This document shows, in pieces, positions 18,515-28,200 of a DNA stretch of 54,066 bases (the first letter of the stretch is position 1; each line of letters opens with the position of its first letter). The position numbers and the translations under genes were made by a program. The stretch is from a virus (lineage: Duplodnaviria > Caudoviricetes). Where the stretch lies: positions 1 to 54,066 of IMG/VR virus record IMGVR_UViG_3300042519_001321; one strand, 5' to 3'. The notes beneath the pieces were generated by a model. It was not told the origin of the DNA. It saw only the letters and a program-made list of their open reading frames with translations, and searched no databases.

Positions 18515-18522
18515 TATTTAAG
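18515..18522 (-). promoter_or_regulatory. T4-late-like box CTTAAATA, 5 nt before the ATG at 18509
   Basis: Directly follows a terminator; no SD before the ATG; same spacing as at 22251 and 48299. Confidence 0.55.
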
Positions 18523-18524
18523 TC

Positions 18525-18560
18525 AAAAAAAAGCCAGTAAGCTAACTTACTGGCTTTTTT
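18525..18560. terminator. Bidirectional rho-independent terminator
   Basis: AAAAAAAAGCCAGTAAG-CTAA-CTTACTGGCTTTTTT perfect inverted repeat with A and T tracts. Confidence 0.9.
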
Positions 18561-18608
18561 AATTCTACTCTTTTAGTGAAATTACTTGGGTATAACCCGT
18601 GTAATTAA

Positions 18609-18788
18609 TTACTTAGGCTGTTCAGCGTCGCCTTCAGCAGTAACTTCAGCTGGTGCTGCTTCGTCAGCTGGTGCTGCTTCTTCTGTAGTTACTGCTGCGT
18701 TCTCAGCTTCAGTGGTTGCGTTGTCAGCTGAACAAGCTGCTAAACCAAGTAGTGCAGTTGCAACTGCGATTGTTGTGATCTTTTTCAT
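18609..18788 (-). CDS. Small Ala/Glu-rich lipoprotein (59 aa)
   Basis: Not in the ORF track. Hand translation: MKKITTIAVATALLGLAACSADNATTEAENAAVTTEEAAPADEAAPAEVTAEGDAEQPK*. Has a basic N-terminus, hydrophobic core and lipobox LAA-C; SD AAGGAG; TATAAATA upstream. Confidence 0.88.
   Translation of the reverse strand: MKKITTIAVATALLGLAACSADNATTEAENAAVTTEEAAPADEAAPAEVTAEGDAEQPK
18646..18680. repeat. Tandem 18-nt-period repeat encoding EAAPA[D/E]
   Basis: TCAGCTGGTGCTGCTTC at 18646-18662 and 18664-18680. Confidence 0.8.
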
Positions 18789-18822
18789 AGCGTTATTTCT
18801 CCTTAAGTGCTTTCGCTTGAAT

Positions 18823-18830
18823 TATTTATA
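18823..18830 (-). promoter_or_regulatory. T4-late consensus promoter TATAAATA for the lipoprotein gene
   Basis: Exact gp55 consensus, between a terminator and the SD of the lipoprotein gene. Confidence 0.65.
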
Positions 18831-18834
18831 TAAT

Positions 18835-18866
18835 AAAAAGCCAGCATATTTAAATACTGGCTTTTT
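18835..18866. terminator. Bidirectional rho-independent terminator
   Basis: AAAAAGCCAG-CATATTTAAATA-CTGGCTTTTT; same stem as 18525..18560. Confidence 0.85.
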
Positions 18867-18943
18867 AGTGTAGTTTATTCTACTCTCGAGTGACCCGCAT
18901 AGTGTGCATTGTTAAGAGGCAGTTTGGGTTCTATTAACTATAT

Positions 18944-19984
18944 TTATGAACCGCTGATAGCTGCCATGCTAATTGTTGGTGCAGTAATAGTAATGCTCGA
19001 ACCGTTTGCATTTGGCTGTCTACGACGTCCGTTTAGTGTAAGTGTACCGTCAATGCTGTCAGTGTATCCACTTGTTTCATCGCCCGAACTTGGCACACCG
19101 TCGGGACCAATAGCACCGTCTGCGGCAGCAGCCGCCGCTGCTGTATATGGGTCAAACCAAGTTGCTCTTAATACAATAACCTGTGGATCGGTGATGCTGT
19201 TGACTCTTCCTTCTAATCTAAAATAGTTTGAAGCGTATGCCCCTGAACCATACTTAATGAATAGTTGCTGAAAGGTAGTTGTTAACTCGTAAAAGCCTAA
19301 ACCTGCGCTTGTGCCTGAGCTACCAGTAGTGTCATTATAGTTCATTAGGACGTCGCCCATTGAGCTTAGTAAGTTAGTCCAGTCAGTGTTTTGCGTACTT
19401 GCACTACCACCTGCACGGGATGAACTTACACCTAGTGCGCCGCCTGCATTAAAAAATGCACGAGCTGCACCCTCACTTGCAAAAGACCAAGTTGTGTCTT
19501 CAGTTAGTGTACTATTCCAAGCTGTTGTTCGTGTAACGTTGCTATCACTAGACATTGTTGTTGATGCTGGGGCAAATCTATTGTCCCAGCAATCTTTGAT
19601 GTTTAACATCAAATTGTTCCAAGTTGTTGCTGCAATCGAAGTAGCTGTAGTTACGTCAGTGCCTACGCCTGTACGTACTGTTTGACCCAAGAATGCACAT
19701 AGAGATTGCACATCGTCCTGTAGACGTTTAAAGCCGCCTGTTGCATTATCTGCATAAATTAACCCGCCGGTACTAGCAGCACTTACACCTGCACCGCCCT
19801 GAGTATAACCGTAGGTATTAGCTGCGGTATATGTACCTAATGTAACATCTGCCGCTGTACCAAGTAGCAAGTTAACGTTTGTTCTTGCGTTGTTAAAGTC
19901 GGCAGGAACAACAGTATCAGTTCCTGCGACAACTTGGGTCATTGTTGTCATTCCTGACGAAGTAATTGTTGCACCTGATGGCAT
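18944..19984 (-). CDS. Putative virion structural protein (tail-fibre-associated)
   Basis: Thr/Ala/Gly/Ser-rich 346 aa; ARAFFNAGG, WTNLLSSMG and GFYELT motifs; follows the tail-fibre gene; SD AGGAG. Confidence 0.65.
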   Translation of the reverse strand: MPSGATITSSGMTTMTQVVAGTDTVVPADFNNARTNVNLLLGTAADVTLGTYTAANTYGYTQGGAGVSAASTGGLIYADNATGGFKRLQDDVQSLCAFLGQTVRTGVGTDVTTATSIAATTWNNLMLNIKDCWDNRFAPASTTMSSDSNVTRTTAWNSTLTEDTTWSFASEGAARAFFNAGGALGVSSSRAGGSASTQNTDWTNLLSSMGDVLMNYNDTTGSSGTSAGLGFYELTTTFQQLFIKYGSGAYASNYFRLEGRVNSITDPQVIVLRATWFDPYTAAAAAAADGAIGPDGVPSSGDETSGYTDSIDGTLTLNGRRRQPNANGSSITITAPTISMAAISGS

Positions 19985-20008
19985 AATATCTCCTAATTTG
20001 TTATAGTT

Positions 20009-21574
20009 TTATTTTACGCCGATAACGGCTTCGACAACGCCTAAGTCATCTGTTGTTTTTTGCTCTAGGCTTCTACCAATAACTTTTCTTGGATCGTATT
20101 CCTTAAAACCTAGGGCCATTGCTACACCGGGTAAATGACTACTAATTAATCTTTCACCCTTAAGTACTGTACCTATAACTTTAACTGGAACGCGACCTGT
20201 TAGTGCTACAGGTAGTCCATCAGCTTCGCTGTTCATTAAGTAAGCAGGATTAGTTGAAATTACACCAAATACATTTAAATCTTCGATGCTGGTTGTTTGA
20301 GTAATTTCAGCACTGCCACCCAATTTAATTACTGTGCCTGGTTCATAAGCTTCATCGCTGGAATAAATTTCTGCCAAGTCAGCATAACGAGCTGATGTTG
20401 AAATAGCTGATACAACGTTTGCAGCAAAACTACCTGCACTGTCTCGTAATACTAATGTATTGGGTGTTGCAGTAGTTACTGCGTCTGTGGCAGTACCTGT
20501 TGCAAAAGTTACGTTACCGCTTACACTAAATTGAGTAGTATGGATTGTGCTAATTCTCGAACTGCTGTTACCGATTGCTACATTACCAGCAGTAAAAATA
20601 GCGCCAGTTGTACCGTTACCTAAGTATAGTGCCCCAGTAAATGTATCTGCAAATCTATAGCTTGCACTACCAATGTTGTAAGTGTTAGTAGCATCAGGTG
20701 TATAACTTCTACCAGTATGAATTACTTCAGTAGCACTAATATTAGCACCGTCACTGCCCACACTACCTAAGTTTAGTCTATATGCTGCATCGGCACGATA
20801 AGCACGTTGACTTAATGCTAGTGATGTAGTATCGTATTCTGTACGTAAGTTTAAGCCAGGACGAATAATTGAACCAATGCCGCCGGTGCCTACTAATTCG
20901 GCGTACCAGTTGCGATCTTCACCTTCAGTGTTGCTGTTAGAGTTAGCTGCTGTAAATTGTGCGTGATCGCTGAAAATAGCCATAATAGTTTCAGCGCCAG
21001 AGCTTGTAACAGTACTGCCAACATTAACCGAAGGACTTGATGAGTCGTTTGCATACATTAATGCTAGAACTGCGCGGTCTACGCCTGTGCTGTCTTTTAA
21101 GAAAATATTACGTAGTTTTGTACCATAGTTAGAGGGACTGCCTATGTTAGTTGTAGCTTGATATGCATTTGAAATTTCTCCTGCATAACCTGCAAATTTA
21201 AAACTGCTACCATCATATATACGTAACTTATCGTCAGTGGTGTCAAACCATGCTGTGCCTGCTGCTAAGTTAGTTGTTGGCTGTGTGGTTCCTACAACAA
21301 TACCAGTTGATCTTTTCCATCGTGTTCCATCGTATACACGTAGTAAGTTCTCTGTTTTGTCGTACCATACTTGACCAGTAAGTGTTGTACTTGCGCTAGG
21401 TGCAGTTGCACTAGCAAAGTTCTCTAACTGGCGTACAGCATTTTGTGCAAAGTATAAACCGTAGTTAGATACATTACGACCAACCAATGCTAACGCATAG
21501 CTGCTGGTATCTATCGTACTGTCAGCAACTGTTGTTGAAACACTCCCGTCACTGTTATTAAATGTATATGGCAT
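20009..21574 (-). CDS. Tail fibre/spike protein with C-terminal autocleaving intramolecular chaperone (Peptidase_G2-like)
   Basis: N-terminal LVGRN...YG...LENFA, repeated GQVWYD..LRVYDG / WFD..LRIYDG units, LVLRDSAGSFAA; C-terminal ARYADLAE...GVISTNPAYLMN...VALTGRVPVKV. Confidence 0.85.
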   Translation of the reverse strand: MPYTFNNSDGSVSTTVADSTIDTSSYALALVGRNVSNYGLYFAQNAVRQLENFASATAPSASTTLTGQVWYDKTENLLRVYDGTRWKRSTGIVVGTTQPTTNLAAGTAWFDTTDDKLRIYDGSSFKFAGYAGEISNAYQATTNIGSPSNYGTKLRNIFLKDSTGVDRAVLALMYANDSSSPSVNVGSTVTSSGAETIMAIFSDHAQFTAANSNSNTEGEDRNWYAELVGTGGIGSIIRPGLNLRTEYDTTSLALSQRAYRADAAYRLNLGSVGSDGANISATEVIHTGRSYTPDATNTYNIGSASYRFADTFTGALYLGNGTTGAIFTAGNVAIGNSSSRISTIHTTQFSVSGNVTFATGTATDAVTTATPNTLVLRDSAGSFAANVVSAISTSARYADLAEIYSSDEAYEPGTVIKLGGSAEITQTTSIEDLNVFGVISTNPAYLMNSEADGLPVALTGRVPVKVIGTVLKGERLISSHLPGVAMALGFKEYDPRKVIGRSLEQKTTDDLGVVEAVIGVK

Positions 21575-21594
21575 TCTTATTCCCTCAAATAATG

Positions 21595-22245
21595 TTAGCT
21601 CAACTGTACTCTGACAGTGTAGATTATCTCAATAATTCTGTTTTGTGACTTTTGTACAGGATGAAAAACAACATGTGTTAACATAGTACTTGTGTTAATG
21701 GGCGTGTCGTCTGTTGGATCGCTGGGATAACTAAACAGCGCCAGCTCATCAAAAATATAGTCGCCTTCGTTTGTTGTACTGCTGTCAAATAAGTCTTGGT
21801 CACTGGGTTCAGCATATCCTAGTGTGCAGGTTACTTTGATATCAGTGTAACTTGGCCCGGGGATAATTTGAATCTTGTCTGTATCAGTATCAGCCGAGAT
21901 AATCTTATAATAAGTTCTACTGTACAGATTAGCGCCAGTTTCGTATGCCTCACTCACACGTGGTGATTTGTAAATAACTCTGCCTGCTGTATCTACGCTG
22001 GTAGCGCCATTTCCAAATGCCATATAATGAACGTAAGCACCTTGTGCATTGTTCAACGCATTAGCAATTAAGTTAGCCATATTTCCGTAATGGATAGCAT
22101 TACGCTTGTTGATGAGTTCTTCGCCTGTTTCTTTGTCGCGAATTAGGATATGCCCACTTAGGCTAATACCCGCAACATCATCTGGCTTATTCTTTTGAGT
22201 ATTTTGCTCTTGCATATTCTCTTTGCCTTCGTCTTTGTCTAACAT
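21595..22245 (-). CDS. Putative baseplate/tail-fibre attachment structural protein
   Basis: GHILIRD...KRNAIH, MAFGNG, FDELALF, LTHVVFHPVQKS...IIYTVRV resemble tail-collar-type proteins. Start is the ATG at 22245 (or 22215) rather than the GTG at 22260, which lies within the promoter box region. Confidence 0.65.
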   Translation of the reverse strand: MLDKDEGKENMQEQNTQKNKPDDVAGISLSGHILIRDKETGEELINKRNAIHYGNMANLIANALNNAQGAYVHYMAFGNGATSVDTAGRVIYKSPRVSEAYETGANLYSRTYYKIISADTDTDKIQIIPGPSYTDIKVTCTLGYAEPSDQDLFDSSTTNEGDYIFDELALFSYPSDPTDDTPINTSTMLTHVVFHPVQKSQNRIIEIIYTVRVQLS

Positions 22246-22250
22246 ACGTT

Positions 22251-22258
22251 TATTTATC
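22251..22258 (-). promoter_or_regulatory. T4-late-like box GATAAATA, 5 nt before the ATG at 22245
   Basis: GATAAATA-aacgt-ATG in the gap after the giant gene. Confidence 0.6.
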
Positions 22259-22284
22259 ACTTTTTTTAAAGTAGTACATAATTT

Positions 22285-25200
22285 TTAAATTCCGTGTATG
22301 AATTTCATCAAACTTTCTGTATTAGCATAGTCTGCGTTAGCAACGTCTGCCAAGCTGAGTGCAGTGTTTGCGCCTACATTAAGTGTAGGAATTTCTAACG
22401 TTACTATTACGTTACCGGTTAGGACTGGCGCAATACTTTCATCAAGCGGATCAATATCAAATGCATGATAATCCCACATACCATCCTGCATAAAGAGGTC
22501 ATCTTCTACAGTAATTGTGTTGTTGGCACCGTCAATATCCTTGATGTAGAAGAATGTAACATTACTTGCATACGATACTGTATAGCTTGTACCTTCTGCT
22601 GTTAGTAAGTTACCATTAGCAGTAATAGCTACTGTCTCGCCCTGATTTAGTAACGCAATAGCATTTGCAGTTGTTGTTAGTGTTAACTGATTTGCACCTA
22701 CAGTAGCATTAGCTGAAGAAACTGCCATGTTTGCTCTTGCAAACGAATTTGCATTTCCGGTTTCTGCATATGCAACATTAGCATAAGCTACAGTAGAAAC
22801 ATTGTATGTTTCATATGTGTAGAATTCTGATCCAACTTCTAGCCATACAGCACGATTTGTATCTAGTCGATTAAAGGTTTCTTCTTCGGAACCTTCTACT
22901 ACAGTGATTACTACATCGTTGTTGTAAATGTCTTTGATTAAGTGATCCTGCACACTAGTACCTGCGCTACCTCTGGTTAGCTGACTAAATGTGTTTCCAT
23001 CTTTACGCTCATATAGTACACGCTCAGTGCCTATCCAAATTACACCAGGATCGCCTGGACGTGGTGTTTGGAATACGCTTGCATCGTCAACTGTAATTTC
23101 GGTTGAGTATGTGTAGACGTTTGATGTTACTGTTGCAGTTTTATTAGATGAAATTCTAATAAACTCAGTATCACCAAATAAGTTCTGGTGCATACGGTAT
23201 TGTACTGCAACTGCACTTGGTGTTACAGGAGTTGTGCTAGTGTTGCCGCTAGCATACGGACTGGTATAGACATCAATGATCAAACTTTCTAGCGGATCAA
23301 GCATTACCATTTCTTCAGGACGCTCTTCACCGTACAGGACCTTCTTAAATGTTGCGCCGTCGAAACCTTCGTAGGTTTCATTATTACGTCTTAGTGTAAT
23401 ATTGCCCTGTGTTAGTTCACTAAAGATACCTTCGTAGTTAGTTACTTCAACATTTCTATCAAACCCGTACACATCCCATGCATCAGTATCCCATCCAAAG
23501 TTAGTTAAGAATGTGGTTGTTGGATCTAGGCCGTACACTACTTTGCTAAACACATTAGCATCAATAGTTTCGCCTCTCCAGCCGCCGCCAACTTTTTCTT
23601 TTACAAGATTTAATGTAACAGCCAAGTTACCTGAATTGATAATGTCGTACAACACTGTAGCATTAGTTGTAATGCTGGTGTTAGAGCCAGCTGTAATATC
23701 ATTATAATGTGTACTAACTTCAGCAGCAAATGCAAATCTAACTTCTGAGTCAAACTTAAATATTTTGTCAATTGCTCTCATTTGAACATTAGCAGTAATC
23801 TGTGCTTCTGTCATTTGGTTCAAGTTAGCAATGTTTCTAGCAATACTTAAATTAATTGGTGTTGTGCTTGCATTATGGCCAAATTGTGTCAGCTGATAGT
23901 TTGTTCGATCAAATACTAGTGTAGTATTATTATGTCTAAATACACTATCACCCTTGTTTGTAATGCTAAAGTAATTACTATAAGCATTGTCAACGAACAT
24001 GATGTTAGCATCATTTTGACTAAAGTCATCTAGTACACGTACAACGCCTAGCTCACGATCGATATATGGTGGTTTATCAAAGTCGCTAACCATTGTTGCA
24101 CCAATAGTTTCAATTGGTGGTCGTTTGCCGTCTCTGTATTCGCGAATCTTAGCACTGAATGGCTTAACTTCATTCATATATTCAATGATACGAGCAAAAT
24201 TATCTGGTCTAAATCCAACTGTAGGAATTAAGTCTTCTTCATCTTTCTCAATATATAGATAAGAAGTTTTGAATGCCCAACTTAATTGAGGTTGTTCAGC
24301 GTATGCGTATTTTAACATTTCAAAAAACACTTTATTCCATAGTCCAATGTCGTTAAAGATTGGACTTCTTAGAATGTTTAAAAGCGTTCTTAATTCAAAT
24401 ACAAGTGTCGCGTCTGTTAGTGCTGTCTCTACATTTGATTTCACTTGTAATGTTTCTCGTTTGATAGAAATTAATTTGAAATCTTTTGTAGGAGCAGTGT
24501 ACATCCAAAGTTGTGGTCTGTCTGATGTAGCGGATTTAACTTGAATTACTGAACCGTCGGGTAGATTTTTAAGAGTGTTCAACTCTCCTACACTACCTAC
24601 ATTAAAAATTGGTTTATAACTATTGTTATATCGAATTTTAGTATTGTCGCGATTGTTTACTCTTTCGACTTCATACCAATTTACTCGTTCCAAGTAAGTC
24701 AACGAACTTGGTAAAGTTGCATCCCACGAAGAATATTGTGTTTCAAGTTTTAAGTCAATTAGTAAATTATTAACAATAGTACGCAGTGCTCTGCGAGCTG
24801 CTGTTATATCTCTAAATAATGTTTGACGAGGACGGAAACCAATACCATAACGTTCTACTTCACTTAGAGTAAAATCAGGCACTTGCTGGCCTATAGCATT
24901 TTCACCGCATAAACTGTCAATAAGTTTTTCGCTAATATGATCAGGTATAATACTGTTATTGTCATTTTCACGAACAAGCTTCCATGCAGTATGTTTAATT
25001 CCATCACTGGTAGTATTTCTACTTACGTTAATTTGAATTACATTCTCTTCTTTCATGTGTTGAGAAACGTTATGCAATACAAAGCTTTCATTGCTGATAA
25101 AGCTAGCCATAGATAACCCATACCCAACTGGGTTAGCAATATAACGTGCAATAGTTTCAGTATCAAATTCGCGGCCCAAGCTACGTTTAATTCTACTATC

Positions 25201-28200
25201 AACTATAGTTCTGTTTTGTACCCAGTAATAGTAGTAAGTTACATACTTGCCTGTTTCAGGATCAATACGTCTTTCAGCAATATACTTGTCCGGATATCTC
25301 GGTGTTCCGTTACCGTTCCAGTTCTGCGGAAGTGATCTACTTTCGACCCACTCACAAATAGTAACTGCACTACCTGGGAATGTGCGCCCCCAATTAACCC
25401 AACGCTCGCGGTTTGAACCCTGCTCATACCACATGTACTTGATAGTACTAGTGTCCCACCAAACTTTACCTACATTGTTTAAGCCAAAGTTAGTGCGAGC
25501 ATTGTTATAGTTCACTGGATCGCTTTCAGCAATATAATGAATTTCATTTTGAATGAATCCGGGTAGTACACCTTTAAACGGATCCCATAAATCAAACTGT
25601 ACAGTCTTGTTTCCAGTATCTGGATCATACATTAGTGCGTTCTTAACATAGTTGGTATCGACCATAGGTGTCTGCCAACGCTGTGGTGTGCCGTTTTCTA
25701 AATATGCCCAACCACCTGGTATAAAATCAGGCATTGAGATATTAGCCGGATCTAAGTTAATGTATTGGTCGATCCAGACATTAGCTAATTCATCTCCGTC
25801 TTGTTCTAGATCTGATAGATAAATTTTATTGTTATTATAGTCAAGTACATTGTTATAGCGTTGACTTTCGAACACAAACACATTTACATTTTGTGAGTTT
25901 TGTCCCTGTAATGTTACGGTATCACCAAAAATATTTCTAATGTCGTACTTATAGTACTCTCGTACATATGTTATGCCGCCATCTGCCCCAAAGCCTGTAT
26001 TCTGTAGGTCGGGATTAAATCTCTCTGGATCAGGAATGATCGGACCGTCAGTTTTGATTGAATCAACACAAAGCAATGATAGTATTGTTGGCGGGGCGGC
26101 TTGAGCAGTAAGAGCTTCCGTAGTAGTGTATTTGGCAATGTCTTCTTGCGACAGCAGACCGAATGGACCTGATTCGTATAGATTTTCGTATTCCTTCGCC
26201 AGCTGGCTATCGGATAAGTTTGGCTCTACAAATTCTGCCTCGATACACAACATCCCAACATTGTAGTCACCGATCTCGATTCCTAATTTTTCTGGGAATC
26301 CAGGTGTGTTTGTGTCAATATTAACACTAGGATAGCCTGTTACTAGATTTAATTTACTAACGCCCGGGCCTGTAGGAATAGGTCTGAATGTGATGTCTTC
26401 TGGTAGGTAGCCGGCGCCTGTGAGTGCGTTGTTCAATGCATCAGCAAGTGTTTCAGGCACATTAATATCAGCTATCTGATCAGGTAATCCGAGATCTTCT
26501 TTGGCCCGGCCCTTTTCTGAGCAATCCGGAACTTCGTCTGCGGTTAAGAATACGCGAGCACCAGTACCGCCTGCAACACGTAATGGTGTTGCATAATTTC
26601 CAAATTCAGGATCTAACGGATCAATTACTATAGCATATTGTTTAGCTAGACGTTGACCGCCAATATCGACAGAAGTTTGCGGATCGTATGCGCCAGGCGA
26701 ACCAGTATATGGTGCCCATGTCTTTAACATCGCATCGTATTTAAATTCTGGATATTGTATAGATTGTCTAGTTCCGTCGGATTTTTTAATAATATTAGGA
26801 TGCTTACCGTTTATGAATGGTGGTACTGAATTATTTCCAGTACCACCATACTCAGGATGGTTTTGACCATATGGAGTATTATTTGAGTCCGAAGGATCTG
26901 CTATGCCTAGATTATTACTGTTAGCAAAGGCTGGTAGACCTAACAAGTCATAGTCATATTCTAGTGGAATACCTTGTGTTAAATCTGCTGGGAATACCTT
27001 ATACAAGCCTCTGTCAATAACACGTAGACTCGTAATAGCACCGTTGTCGTCAACGCCAGTTACAATAAATTTAGCAACACGCAGTGGTCCTGCTAGTGAC
27101 TTGTATCCTTTGATAAATGCATAAGAGTCACCAGGATTGCTGTCTGTTGTATCTGCAATATCACTGTTTCTGTCAACAACACCGACTCTAGCACTTAATT
27201 CTGCTGGTACAAGTGGCATACGTTGATCTGCGATTTTCCTCAATGCTCCAGTTGCAACAGCACTTTCAATAGGTTCTCTTAAGCTAAATTCTAATACACT
27301 GATGTTTGACACAACGTTAGCAGTAAAGTACGAGTCTTTAATTGTAATTGTTGTACCGCTAACACTATCAACAGTAAATGCTACATTGTTTAAATAACTC
27401 TGTACAGTATTACCAGCTGCGGTTCCGTCACCTGTTACCAGTAGAGTGATTACACCACCTTCAACGATCTTACCGCTGATTAGTGACGCATTAGCAACGT
27501 TGATAGTTAACGCATCAGTATCATTTATTAAATTAGTGAATGTGTAATTGCTAACGTTAGCTGCACTAATTGTTGTAACTGCGCCTAGTACAATGCTATT
27601 AGCTACTACACGATAGAATGTTGAGCCTGATGCAATTATGCTATTATCAATAACTGAATGATTTTGAACTTCTATGATATTATTATAGTAGTAGGTTAAG
27701 CCCTGCAAGTCAGCTGCGTCAACAGTGAGATATGCACCTGGACCGCGGGGGCTTATGTCAGTAACGGTAACTGATGGAGGATTTTTTACATCGTAGCCGA
27801 TACCGTAGTTAAGCATTCTAACACCAGTGATCGAACCGTTGGTTTCATCAATACTTGTTACTTCTGCTGCTGCACCAGTGCCCGGGCTGTTGTCGCCACC
27901 AAAACTAATTCTTAGGTTGGCTGGGTTGTTGTAGCCGGCGCCAGCTACGTTTACACAGATACTGCCAATTGGGCCTCTGGTATTGTTAGTAGGAGTACCA
28001 CCAATTAAGCGTAGTCTGTCACCGATTTGATAACCACTACCACCGTTTTGATAGGTTGAACTTCTTGTAGTAGTTGTAGTCGTACTTGGTAGAACAGCTC
28101 CGTTCGCAATACCTATTTCATCGTCTGGAACAAATATTGTAGAATTACCGGAACAATCATATAAAGTATATGATGCTGTCGGTGTTTGTATGGAGTTAGC

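Noticed and set aside
18586-18873. 95-aa plus-strand ORF in the track
   Set aside because: Antisense shadow of the lipoprotein gene; it runs through a terminator and lacks an SD, while the minus-strand frame has a promoter, SD and lipobox.
18870-18935. Resemblance to a twister ribozyme or riboswitch
   Set aside because: UAAC...UGC...GGUC is reminiscent, but the conserved downstream elements are missing; kept only as a generic ncRNA candidate.
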